Part shown: positions 13,401 to 24,968 of the stretch, one piece after another
Layout: every line of letters starts with the position of its first letter
How positions within the stretch are numbered: position 1 is the first letter of the stretch
Assembly: GCA_051362555.1 (NCBI GenBank)
Contig: CM120640.1
Span: 21,452,001 to 21,516,000 of the forward strand
Length of the DNA stretch: 64,000 nucleotides
Direction of reading: 5' to 3'
From: Lingula anatina
Taxonomy: Eukaryota; Animalia; Brachiopoda
Notes under the pieces: generated by a model
Database searches by the model: none
The model's input: the letters and a program-made list of their open reading frames with translations, nothing else
What the model was told of the DNA's origin: nothing
Program-made: the position numbers and the translations under genes

Positions 13401-15648
13401 CAGATCTTTACTTGTTGACATTTGTTTTTGGGGTGGCGGAGGAGGCACTTGTTTACTTAACTGATAGTTGTTCACTTTTGTGATATCTCCAAGGTATCAG
13501 CCCTTTATAAAATTTACCGCGTTTTCGGAATCTTTAGTCCTTGTTGTCCTTCTTCGGTTCCGATGCGTGCCAGCTATTTCATTTTCATATCTCTACATTA
13601 ACACGTTTATCGCAAATATAAATGTGTGAGTATGAAGAAACCGGCTCTCATCGTGGTCTCTAAAACTAAAGCTACATATAACACAAATGAGGTATTAATT
13701 GCAAGAATGGATGTTATAGTGGTGTAGGTCCGTTAAACAGATTGTCTTAACTCGGTAGTATAGACTAAGTGGCCGGTACACTATTATTTGTGATAGTTGA
13801 ATACATCTCAGGGGCTCTCAACTTCATTGTTGCTGCCACAGATAAATGATGCTTTTAACCTTGAAGTGCAATAGGAATAAAGATCAAACTTCTTGCCTTT
13901 GTCGTTGCGATGGAAAAAAAATGACAATTGCGTTTTGCGTTACAAAATAAAGCAGGTATTCTCTTAGCTAACGTTTAAGGAAGGTTTAAAAAGTGTACTC
14001 TTTATTTGTAATTTGTACATTAGTTACCTGAAACAGGTAAGAGGAGCCGAACTAGAGGCGACAATGTAGCTCGCGGTGAGATCAAAAGAACACGTATACA
14101 TTTGATCCCTGTAAAGGAGATACTTTGTTAGTTGCCTCTAAGTTGGAGTGACTGTTGCTTTACAAAAAAATGGAAATTGCATCCGATTTCAGAGTCAGAC
14201 ACGCGGTAAGCCTAATGTAACACTCCTGTAGTTTTGATAAAACAGATGGAAACAAATCTATCGAGAAACGAAAAGCATTTGGATTTCAGTCAGCGTTTGG
14301 TTTTCAGTCAGATCTCAACCGTGTAAAATGAAGCTAGATACTCTATTTCTAACAGTACTGCCTTTATGGTTAATACACACTCACACACACACACACACAC
14401 GCAAAACATCGATTTTTTCAATCAGCCTGGAAATAGCCAACGTCGTAAAAAATGTTAGCGTTTACTTTATCAGTAATTGAGCAATCTGCTCCGCTAAAGC
14501 AAATAATTACCAATACATTGGACTCTGATTTAGAGTCTAACCCGAGACAGTGACACCGTTAAGTAAAGGTTCCTATAAATCTTTAGTGAGACTAACCGTA
14601 GCTCCCAGAACCAGACAGTTCAGTAATTGGAATTTTTTTTTCGACACGTCATCGCTAGGACTGTTATCTACACAGTAGCAGCATGAAAAAAACTCACACA
14701 AATTGATTTATGAGCAAGATCAAGAAGTTGGGACGTTCACTCAGCAAATTGCTAAAATTATTGACATGCCGCAGACAAAACCGCAGTTAAGGGATAGGGG
14801 GATTGTAAGAATACTATACAACAGTCTGAATAACATACATATCTTTTATGCGATTTTAATTGATAGTTTGTGAAAGCGTTAGCCTACGCAAAAGCTAATA
14901 ATAAGAACGTAGGCTGGACGGAGATAAAGAATGTTTAACAGTAAGAGGGAATTAACTTCACATCGACATTCATTTTCCAGTCGCAAATCATTCAACACAG
15001 AAAGACACCTGTAATTTATGTCTATCAAAAACCAATGGAAAAATACTGGCAATATTGATCCTGACCTGAGGCGTAGGCTACATTTTGATTTAAAAATACT
15101 ACACATTTACTAAATAGAACCACTGGAAATTAAATAAATCAAATATGAAAATAGGTAAAATCTACATTTGAACCCAATACAAAAACACACTGACCTGACG
15201 GCATTGTGGACACGATAGCCTCCGGAGATATACAAACTCCTCTGTCGTACATTGGGAGCCTGTTACAGTTAAGGCTCTCCGGCCACGAGACGTTGTATTC
15301 GTTCATCAGGGGCTCACAGCCTTGGCGTGAGCGCTCGCACACACTCCGACATGGCGGTATAGGCTCCGACTGAAAATCCACAGCACAGATAGGCGCGTAC
15401 ATTGAACAGAGGAAGAACACCAGGGCATCACTGCAGCTCGCGTTCACGAGTTCCTCATACTGTTCAATGGCCAGAATGGCGTTTTCCTGCGTGCTGTGGT
15501 GAAGCAAATTCGGCATCCGTGTCATGTTATACGGCATGTCCGCGCACATAGGCATACGCACCGGCTCACACTTGGCCGTCTCGCCGAAATAAATCGAGGA
15601 GGTGGCAAGGTGCGATATGAGCAGTAACATTATAGACAACTTCATCAT
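8469..15648 (-). CDS. SFRP3: Secreted frizzled-related protein 3/4 (FRZB-like): signal peptide, frizzled CRD, NTR domain, basic tail
   Basis: Exons (minus) 15648-15195, 10128-10084, 9365-9300, 9066-8795, 8564-8469, all GT-AG with compatible phases. CRD: [38 protein letters not shown]...[16 protein letters not shown], diagnostic of sFRP3/4. NTR: DCNCPKK...KYEYVVHG...[16 protein letters not shown]...LVLKW. No transmembrane segments. The 45-nt exon 2 is the least certain. Confidence 0.93.
9180..9224. repeat. (TG)n(GA)n compound microsatellite
   Basis: Seen directly in an sFRP intron. Confidence 0.9.
10283..10418. repeat. (CA)n(CT)n ... (CA)n microsatellites
   Basis: Seen directly in sFRP intron 1. 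Confidence 0.9.
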
Positions 15649-15804
15649 GTCCCGGCTGTGTCCGACAATTTTTCCCAGTGCCACTGACTGGATATCTTTT
15701 TGAGTAAAAACGTTGTTTTCTATGAAATTAGTCCGAGCCATAGCATAATGTATCCCGGTTGCGCAACTTGAAATAATGTCTTGCACCGTTCATCGTACTC
15801 TCGC

Positions 15805-16000
15805 TAACTGATTGGGTTGCGTTCTCTCTAAGTGACATTATGGTAAAGTTATTATGACAAACTCACATAAACTTTAATTTGCTAGATAGCGTTCCTGCCG
15901 CGAAACCGGAGCTCGCAGCGACCGAGTGCAATCAAATACTGGGAGCAAAAGGCCGAAATCAATCTTCTGCTCCCTGTGACGTCACACCCCCGCCTCGAGA
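15805..16000 (-). promoter_or_regulatory. Probable sFRP3/4 proximal promoter
   Basis: CpG-richer stretch upstream of the ATG, with CCAAT on the minus strand (ATTGG at 15811), a palindromic CRE TGACGTCA at about 15978 and a GC box CCCCGCC at about 15988. Confidence 0.4.
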
Positions 16001-19000
16001 TGTGGGATGCGCAGAATCAGCCGAATCAAAAGAGATTTTACTCTTGGTGGAAAATAAATTCAAGGAAACAGATAAGACGTCTAGGTCTTGTATTTCAGTA
16101 ACCTTGGGTGTAGTTCAAATGAATACGCTACTGTCAAAAGAATAGGATTACTTACACACAGAGAAGAGTGAGCAATAAAAGTTTACGTATTAACACAAAT
16201 AATTTTAATTGGAACCTTTACAGTATTTAAAGTTAAGGTGGCTTTTAACTGAAAGCAATTTATAGTACCTCTCCTGTTGTGTTAACACAATCATGGCTTT
16301 CAAGTGCAGAGGAACGCGCTGTCTGGGGGATTTATTACATCTCTTCTATAAATCACTGTGTAAAATCATATAACCGTGACTAAATTTCACAGTCAAGATC
16401 CGTTAGATGCAACAGACTGGCAGTGTTATAGAAAATAGACAGATACTGGTTTCAGCCAATTTAGCTCCTTTTATTTGTGATACTTAATCGAGCACAAATG
16501 AAAACGGAAAAAAATATCATTTATTTAAACAGGATATGAAAAAGAGTTGTATCTGTTCACAACAAACGTACAATTGTAAGATGTTTTTTAAAAACAAAAT
16601 AGTTGAAACACATAATCTTCTTCACTAGTTTGTGTCAACGAAATACTTGGCACTGTCTCCATCAAAGCAGATGCCTTCAGTTGCAGCAGGAGTGGAAAAT
16701 TCTGACACAGTCACAATGTGAAATCGTGAAAAACACATCTACTGCAATATGACCGCTGCTTGTATACAGCAGTCGTCATGGTTTAGCTTTTGAGAATGAT
16801 CCATCGACTCGTGCGTCCATTTTTCGATCTGAATTAAAAGGAATTCTTTTAAGAGACGTGGAAGCAAAAGTAAGTCACATTCAGTACAAAGTTTCAATTC
16901 AAATTTTACACTTGAAATAAGAAATTGTTAGAAAAAAATGGACCTGAGTAAGACCCACCCTAATTAAAATCAACAAGTAGGTGATTCACTGCATTACAGA
17001 GTTGTGTGACGGTGTCTGAAATTCATTGAACTACGCTCCCCATATCCTTTAAGCTCAACATAACCTCACCTGCTCCTCAGGTAGATAGGTCCAATATTGT
17101 TCAGCTGAACTGGCTGACTATAATCCATCCACGTTTTAGACTTATCATCTGTATACTGAATCTGATAGCCGGGGAAAGCAATGTTGGCCTCTAGAGTTTT
17201 ATCCTTGATACTAAAAAAGAAGCCCATAAGGTTTAAAAGATGTGGCTTTGTATTATTTATTTTGTCAATATTAAAACTATTCTGTCTTCATAACAAGCAC
17301 TGGCGGTCTTGTCTTGCTCTAACTGATTTTAATCTTTAATTTGATTTTAGTTTAGAATTTTAATAATATCTAAAATAAAAACCTCGATGCAAAAAATACA
17401 TTAACTACAATTTAAAAAAGTAAAAAACTGAAAAACATTATCTTAAATTCAAACATACCGCGCTCCAGGTAGCGGCAAGTAATGTTTTACTCCAAAATAC
17501 TCAAGGCGCGGCAATTCCTTATAACCAAGTACGTTTGCAAAGCGCTCCCAGTCTTTCAGCATTTCTTGATCCCTCGAAGCCTTATCTGTGATACTTTCCC
17601 ATCGTGCTTTATGCCACGCCCTCTCAGCCAGCGCCACCACGCGGGGAAATAACATCTCGTGAAGATGACCGCTGGTTCTGACAGTCTCACTCCATATGTT
17701 GCCTTGCATTCCTGTGTGATACGAAAACTTTACGATTGGGAACCAGTCACTGTTAACTAATTCCAAATGGTGTAATTCAGAATTAAACCAACTGCACTGT
17801 TACTGTAAATGGAAAACATCATCGCCCGGTGAATAATGATTTTTTCATTTTAAGAGAGAGTTATAACATCATACTTAATGGGCAGGAGGAGAAAGATCCC
17901 ACTAGATTATAATGAATCTAAATAATCAAACGCCGTAAGTTTTGAACCTCTGTGCAAATACTGACTGAACAAAATGGAATAAAATATTAGAATAATACAT
18001 TTAAGATTTTACCTAGGATGTTTTCTGGTTTTTGTAAAGGAACACACTGTCCGGTTTTACACAGCTCTTTTTCCGTGATTGGTTCCCCAGATCTTTTGAA
18101 GTCCGCGTTGGCGTATAAGTTATCGGGAAGAAAACCAAACACTTTTTTGGTGTCTGTGAAACGAGTGGCCCAGTAAAAGCCGCGCTCTTCTGGGTCTGGC
18201 TCTTGCGGGTGATCAAAATATAAGTGAGTTGCTTGTGACATTACTACCTGAAATGGAGAAGAGCTTGAGCGGCTCAATACGGAGTGAAACAAAATTTATG
18301 TGCGGTTTATGTCAGTTTATGTAAATATATGTCAATTAATTGTCAGTCAATGTCAATTTGGTGTCAATTTTTGTTTTTAAGTCAGATGTACTGTCAGATC
18401 TGAATCGCTAAAATTGTTTCATTTCCAAAATAAAATGTCCATGATTTACACCATAAACTACTCTTATTCAAATACCTAAAGGAAATGGTAATCTCTACAG
18501 CATTACTCAAATGTGAAGTAAAACAACACCTATATATTAAAAAAAAACATACCTGGTATCCGGCATTCGCCAATTTGTATGCTCGGTTGGCTACGCCCCA
18601 TTCCCAAATATTTTGCCAAACGTCTGCTATGACTTGCTTGTTGAATAAAATAGACCGGGGATATGGCGTGTCTGTATCAGACATCAGCCCGTCCTCCCAG
18701 GCGTAAAGGTAGATACCGTAACGCGCTACAAAAAGGGAGATATTAGATTTCAAATACTCAAAAAAAAAAAAAAAAAACATAAAATTACTATATAACTACT
18801 GAATTTATCACAAAAAGTTTACAGTCAATGTGAATATTATGAAAGAGGATTATTACTATTTAAAAAATAGAAATTCATATTCTAATAAAACTTTACCATA
18901 AAGCACTACACGTGTAGATACCTAGTCAAGCTGTTAAATTGAGTATCTGGGCCAGAAAAGAACATCTGAATCGTAACCCGGGTATTTTTTTAAAGAAATA

Positions 19001-19762
19001 TCTGGTTTAAATATTAGTGCATGGAACGACATCATTAAACGCATCCAAACTCGTTCTTTTAACATACAATATTTGTTATAAACAATCAAGACGGTAACAA
19101 CCTTTATATTTTATAAAATATTTTAAAAACCGTACATAACTTAAAAGCAAAATGGACCTGTTGTATTGGATACGGCTTTTAACAGAAGCTTCTTCAAGAA
19201 CCGCTTAACTTCTTCAGGAGTAGGGTTCGGAGATGGCAACAGAGGGCGACACGCGCTAGAATTCACCCACGCTCCTGTGGAGACCTCATCCCCACCGTAA
19301 TGAAACGATTTCAGCGGTTGATAAGGGGCGTGTAAATCCAGTGTACTTTTTACAAGGAACTTGATGAAGGTAAGAGTGGAGTTGATACACGGGTTCACAG
19401 CGTCATCAGTGAAGTGTTGGACTGAGAGATACCGGGATGTGTCATTCAGTTCCGACAAGAGAAACTTCGAGGCTTCCGCAACCGAGGCGTTTTGGGCCAG
19501 TTTGTTATAATATCTTGCTTGTGTGGCTTTAATAGCCCTGGCATATCGAACTCCGGATGCACGGAGATGTGTCTCGCTTTAGCGTACAAAATCAACGACT
19601 TGTAGTCTTTTACTGTGTAGTGACCGCTCCCTGACCCGGTACCATTGGGCAGGGAACCAAGCTGGGGGAGTATGCAAGTTCTCTCATCAAGGGTGTGACA
19701 ACGCTTGGAACCAACCTGAAGAGAAATGAAAGATATAACTTTAACTAAGCCAACTGTACTAG

Positions 19763-19793
<31 letters not shown>
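19763..19793. repeat. (ATT)n microsatellite
   Basis: Seen directly. Confidence 0.9.
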
Positions 19794-19794
<1 letters not shown>

Positions 19795-22194
19795 GTAAAA
19801 GCATAAGCCTTCAGTAAACTTTTGTTAAGATTTTGAAAATACTGTAGGAGCTGAAACAGAAATTAATTTGCATATGATTTTAACTTCCTATACAGTATCA
19901 TTCATTATGTATCACGTGTATCATTTTCAGTAGAGGGCAGTCAGAATCGGTTTTTACAGAACTGTTCAACACCTGCATCAGACATAAGAAACTTTAACGT
20001 ACAGCTGTGAGCTCATCCAGTCCCGGTATTTGAAGCCTCCATCCTAGGAGGCTCAGTATAGACTGTATACCATAAAAAGCGCCAGCTGGACCTGCAGCTA
20101 CAATCCGAATTGTTTGGTTGGTCTCAAAGACGTGTAGCGTATATGCTTCTGAACTCTTACTGACGCGTCCATTAATAACAACTTGGCCTTGTGTAAGAGC
20201 GATGCATTTACTTGATGCTGGTCTTGGGACGATGCGAAGGTGAAGTCTGGCTGAAAAATTTACAATGAAAAATAAATTAATTATAGATTGACATTTATGA
20301 TAAATAAATTAATTAAAATATAATATGAAATAATGAAAAATAAAGTAAAATGAAAATCGTGGGAAAACGAAACAATCAAAAGAAATTTTTAAAAACGGAA
20401 AATGTATCAAATAAACTGAGTGCACCGCATAAAACGGCTTTTTTAGTTAACAGTTTATTCTAATTGTAACTTGTGTTATCTTGGCTATTTCGAATTATTT
20501 AGATACATCTTAACATTTCTCCTACCTGTCAAAAACGCCACTTCATTCTTGAACGCAGGGTCGGCAAAAAGTACCCAGTCCCCCGTCCCCAAATCCACCA
20601 TCTTGCTTTCGTCAGCCACCATTTCAACAGGAGATGGTACGATACTTGTTCCCGCGCTGCCAAGATCTCTGACTTCACTGTTGATGTGATATCTTTGTTC
20701 GGGGGTGTAGGGATTATATACATCAAAGCTGTATCTTTTCCATTTTTGGGGGGTGTTGAAGGGCCCCACAAAACTCAGACTCTCCCCAGCAGTGCTCTTT
20801 AACACTTTGGGTAAGATTCCAGATTTTGAACTTGCTACGTACCTTTCAAATGAAAATCGAACATTTTGAAAATACATGTGACATGTCCAAAAATAAAAAA
20901 ATAAATAAGATAACTAACTAAATAAAAAACGTAAGCCAGTTCATAAATTTTTCTGATCAATATATGACTTATAAATTTGCAAATATAATACATACAAAGC
21001 GGTACTATATCATGGAATTATACTGGAAACACCCAGCTCCACTGTGGGCATAGTTTGGCATTGATGAATTTGTAGAAGGCTGTTCATTCTTAAGACTCAC
21101 CAGTTCGGCATAATGTCGGTCCTCGCTACCTGCCAATTTGCTGCTTTAAAAGGCACCATTATGCTTTTACCCGGGAACAAAGTCTTGAAGGAATCTGCAG
21201 GAGTCAACTTGAAGAGACACCCGTTCACGTGAAACGCCCTCAAACTCGAATTCCCAAGGATATAACCATTTGGATTCGGAAGGTGGTTGGGTTCAATCAT
21301 GTTGATATGGCAAAAATAAATAGACCAGTGCCCTTTGGAAATGGGTTTTGGTCCCACGTTAGTGAAGTTAATTTGAGCGAGAAACCCCGAAGCTCCGTAC
21401 CTGAGGTTGTCAATGACGTCATAACGCACCTGAAGGTAAGAGGCCAGGTAATCTATGGACTGCTGGTCACCTTGACATCTGACAACTGCAAATTACGCAA
21501 ATTTAAATTTAAAAAGCAAAGACAAACAAAACGGAAAAATAGAGAACATACCTTCCGATACATATCCAAATACAGTGCTTAATGCTAATTATATCATGTG
21601 GTATTGATTATGTAAATTTTGTAGCAGAAAGTGGACGAGAATTTATTTCAAGACCCTTTTATAAATAGAAAAGCACTGGACAGCACAATAAATCAATTCA
21701 TACACAAACAACAACAACAATAAATATAATAATTATTGCACCTAATAATGGCCAAATTGGTGGCTGTAACAGTGGCCCAAGTGCACATTATCACCTATGT
21801 TATCGTGAGTTATATTCATTTGTTATTCATATCGGCATTTATGATGAGGACGGGTTTTCATAACCGGACTGAGCGCCCTGAGCGTCAATCTCCCTGCCGA
21901 TATTAATTATTGTAATTTCATCTTAGTCCAAATATAAAGTTAAACTTCGTACAAATATGAAATTTAAGTCATGAATTATGATGACATTAAGTGATAATGG
22001 ATTAGTGCACCTGCATTTAAGTTTTAGTCATATGTAGTGCAAAGTCTGAGCATATTTCATTTTGATCACAAATGTATTTCTATAATATGAAAATAATGTG
22101 GACAGCATTTTTTTCAACTTCCAAATCATTTCTCGGTCCGTCTGTGCACAATTTAATACCATTTTGATGAAATAATTTAGTTAAAATATTTCCC

Positions 22195-22290
22195 TTAACT
22201 AAACTTTTGCCGCCATGTCTTCCCATACATTACAGAAGAAAATATCGACTTATGAATTTTTTATTTGAGGAGTTTTGATGTTGCTAAGCT
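22195..22290. repeat. Dispersed repeat fragment; inverted copy at about 32570-32670
   Basis: CCGCCATGT...CAGAAGAAAATATCGAC...TTTTATTTGAGG matches the reverse complement of CCTCAAATAAAAG...GTCGATATTTTCTTCTG...ACATGGCGG at 32594-32660. Confidence 0.65.
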
Positions 22291-23351
22291 CTGAATTTGG
22301 GAAAAATAAGTACAGTGGCTTCGCAGGATATGTAGAAAAGGTTGGTTACTTTGGGACAATTTCAAATAAGGCAAGTAACAAGAATATTTTGTTATACAAA
22401 TGAAATAACAAACCTTGACATATCCCAATCCATAGAAACATGTTCGGAATCCACCTTAGAGCGAACATGATGGGGTCAGTGCAGTTGTACAGTAGTCAGC
22501 CGATAGCCCACGCCTGATTACAGAGACTGAGGACAGTAAACGACAACGAGTTATGTGAAATAATCACGCGAGAAATGCATTGTTGCTACCCTTAACCAGG
22601 GCCACAGATTGATTTTTCACGAGATATTAACAGATACGTCTCCGGTTAAATAGATGGCTAATCTCTGTCCAGTGCACGCCACAGCTAAAATGTCCACAGA
22701 ATAATAGCTGCGGCCCTGGTAGAGGCTACATTGTTGCCAAAACTGATAAGATCTAAGATACGTTCCAATGCATTGCTGAAAATCACAGAGGAAAGGTGCT
22801 AGGTCAGTCCATCCCTCTGTGGTCATTTCTTTCGTTCTGAAGTGTCTCTCTTTTATTTCTGTTTTTTTTTTCTTGTTGAAATAAAAACAGACGCTCGTGT
22901 GATGAGATGTGAAGTTGACATAAAACATCACAGCTATGAGTTACCCCGGCGTGGTTCTTTTGAATGAGATAATGCCTCACTCAATCCATGGTATTGTGGG
23001 CCCCCCCACTGCAATTTTTGGTTAAATAATAGAATGAAGTTTCAATCTTTTTTGAAAACTGTGCACGCTTGAAATATAAAATATTAATTTTGCAAAGCAT
23101 ATCGACACAAAGGTAATTCTAGACGGCTCATGCACTGATATACTTGCACACTGCATTTTGCAGTGAAACTGTTTTTTATCATCAAAATACATGTAGATGC
23201 TGATTTTATTTATTTATTTTTAAAACTCTAATCAATCTGCGATGCTTTTTTGTAAAATTTACCTTAAGTTTAAAAAAGGGATAGAATCACGAAGCTAGGC
23301 ACAGTTATGAACTACGCAAAACTCAGTCCTCGCTCCGTAGTTAAAAGACCA

Positions 23352-23634
23352 CCCGCACGAAAATGCAGTAGTATCGAAGTAGCAAAAAAGCATTAACGTA
23401 GTAGTGGTGTGGAGCATATTTGCAGTAGAAATGCAGCATAGCCTACTGCAATTCTACTCCAAAAAGTACATAGGTTTGTACAGAGAGGAGCATTAATGCA
23501 GCAGATTAGCAGCATGATAGAAGCATGTTTCAAATATGCTAATTAGCTCCCTAATTGAAGCAGATTTGAAGCATGTTTGCAGTATGATTGCAGTAGTCTA
23601 CTGCGCTGGAGTATCTACTGCGTTTTCTTGCGGG
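23352..23634. mobile_element. MITE family C (CCC...GGG termini, CMC/EnSpm-like)
   Basis: TIR CCCGCACGAAAATGCAGTAG ... CTACTGCGTTTTCTTGCGGG, flanked by CA on both sides (2-bp TSD). The interior is built of GCAGTAG/AGCA sub-repeats. Confidence 0.75.
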
Positions 23635-24192
23635 CACTACTGCAGTACATGATAAGTCATCATGGATAAACTATCATGACATATCAAAATGTCTTTTATA
23701 TCTATGCTTGTACATTTCCACACTTTTTCTTTCTTCAAAGACTGATATACACTGTATACGTCCGCGATATCATTAATTTAACACCTTAAAGGTATCCATG
23801 AGTAACGACTTCCCCACAGGAGGATGCATGGACGAGGTCCCTTTGATGTGTTTGTGAGGTGTCCGAAAATATTAAAAATAAAATATTTACAAGTCGTACC
23901 TACTATTTCAATTTCTCAAAATAACAAATTGCAATATTTAGCTACTAAGACATATACATATAACCTCTTTTTTAATTATCTGAAAGGATATAAAATGCAT
24001 TTGAAATGAGAAAATTGCTCGCTCATTCTTGGTTACTTTCATTCAGCGTAGTTTTTTCTCTCTTTTCTCTCTTTGAACTTAGTAAATTTCTGTACTACTG
24101 CAAACACATATTATCTAGCTTTCGAAAAATATCAAATTCTTTGAAAAATTCAAACCAGAAATATAAAAATTATCAAATTAAATATTGTCAAC

Positions 24193-24300
24193 AAACACAG
24201 CGTTAAGCTTTAAGCGGAGGCGGGATACATCTATGGCGGTGTGTTCTAAGAGGTCCGCGCCAGGCTTTAAGATGGGCAGCATCCTTCGGACATCTCATTC
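24193..24300 (+). promoter_or_regulatory. Histone H1 promoter (H1 box, GC box, H4-box-like element, TATA-like, cap site)
   Basis: AAACACA at 24193, GGAGGCGGGA at about 24216, AGGTCCGC at 24251, TTTAAGA at about 24266 and CATTC at 24296, in the order known for H1 promoters. Confidence 0.7.
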
Positions 24301-24352
24301 AACTGTAGAAGTCTCCGAATTGTCTGTGACTACCTCAGCGAACTCAACTACG

Positions 24353-24907
24353 ATGGAAGCTCCAGCTGCAAAGACGACCAAGACCAAGAAGCCCAAGGCC
24401 CCAGCCGCTCACCCTCCTGTAGCAGAGATGGTCAACGCTGCCATTCGTGATCTGAAGGAACGAGGAGGGTCTTCCCTTGTTGCTATTAAGAAATACGTAG
24501 CCGCTACCTACAAGGTGGATACCGTGAAGCTGGCCCCGTTTATGAAGCGATACCTGAAGAGTGCCGTGCTCGCTGGTACGTTGGTGCAAACCAAGGGGAC
24601 CGGTGCATCTGGTTCGTTCAAACTAGGTGCAGCTGCTAAGAAGCCTGCCGCTAAACCCAAGGTTAAGAAACCAAAAGCGGTGAAACCCAAGAAGCCCAAG
24701 GCCACACCAAAGAAGGCTAAGAAACCGGCAGCTACCAAAAAGGCTACTAAACCTAAGAAGGCCACGAAGTCCCCCAAGAAAGCTGCCAAACCTAAAGCTA
24801 CCAAGAAAACCACGACACCCAAGAAAACAGCAAAGAAGCCCGCCGCCAAGGCTAAAGCAGCGAAGAAGACTCCAAAGAAAGCAGCCAAGAAGCCGGCTAA
24901 GAAGTGA
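24353..24907 (+). CDS. H1: Histone H1 (intronless linker histone, 184 aa)
   Basis: Globular domain [37 protein letters not shown]...[17 protein letters not shown] followed by a Lys/Ala/Pro tail with S/TPKK motifs. The ATG at 24353 lies downstream of the promoter elements; the ORF-track start at 24185 runs through the promoter. Confidence 0.98.
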   Translation: MEAPAAKTTKTKKPKAPAAHPPVAEMVNAAIRDLKERGGSSLVAIKKYVAATYKVDTVKLAPFMKRYLKSAVLAGTLVQTKGTGASGSFKLGAAAKKPAAKPKVKKPKAVKPKKPKATPKKAKKPAATKKATKPKKATKSPKKAAKPKATKKTTTPKKTAKKPAAKAKAAKKTPKKAAKKPAKK

Positions 24908-24934
24908 AGGAAGATAGTATTTCTTCATACCAAA

Positions 24935-24968
24935 GGCCCTTTTCAGGGCCAACCAAAACTCAAGAAAA
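24935..24968 (+). terminator. Histone 3' stem-loop plus purine-rich histone downstream element
   Basis: CAAA-GGCCCT-TTTC-AGGGCC-AACCA with the stem-loop at 24935-24950, then CAAGAAAA at 24961 (U7-pairing HDE-like). Confidence 0.95.

Larger units (their letters stand above)
16783..22468 (-). pseudogene. Chitobiase-type GH20 beta-N-acetylhexosaminidase (CHB_HEX, GH20b, GH20, CHB_HEX_C), disabled as assembled
   Basis: Exons (minus) 22468-22414, 21485-21101, 20842-20526, 20250-20003, 19715-19158, 18725-18553, 18247-18013, 17711-17459, 17210-17070, 16828-16783, all GT-AG. Signal peptide MFALRWIPNMFLWIGICQ. Motifs WQVARTDIMPNWYV, GWRLQIPGLDELTAVGSKRCH, FHYGGDEV, YAWEDG, HLYFDHPQEPDPEERGFYWATR and GMQGNIWSETVRT...FPRVVALAERAWH match the Serratia ChB-type family. 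There is an in-frame loss of the PRF.YRG..LDVAR...HL.DDE segment at about 20045 and a frameshift at about 19537. Confidence 0.85.

Noticed and set aside
15649-15786. Extra N-terminal 46 aa of the sFRP ORF
   Set aside because: It begins at a GTG and precedes a clear signal peptide starting [10 protein letters not shown], so it is most likely 5' UTR.
16783-22468. Bacterial contamination as the source of the chitobiase-like gene
   Set aside because: It has nine spliceosomal introns with host-like AT content and an intronic host repeat, and it is contiguous with animal genes.
23352-23645. GCAGTAG-type short repeats resembling a CRISPR-like array
   Set aside because: Spacing is irregular, the repeats are bounded by TIRs and the context is eukaryotic, so they are MITE sub-repeats.
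24185-24352. N-terminally extended 240-aa histone H1 from the ORF track
   Set aside because: The extension starts at a TTG and overlaps the H1 box, GC box, TATA-like element and cap site. The ATG at 24353 gives a normal-length H1.
24344-24952. Antisense hydrophobic ORFs over H1
   Set aside because: These are shadows of the Lys/Ala-rich codons on the opposite strand.
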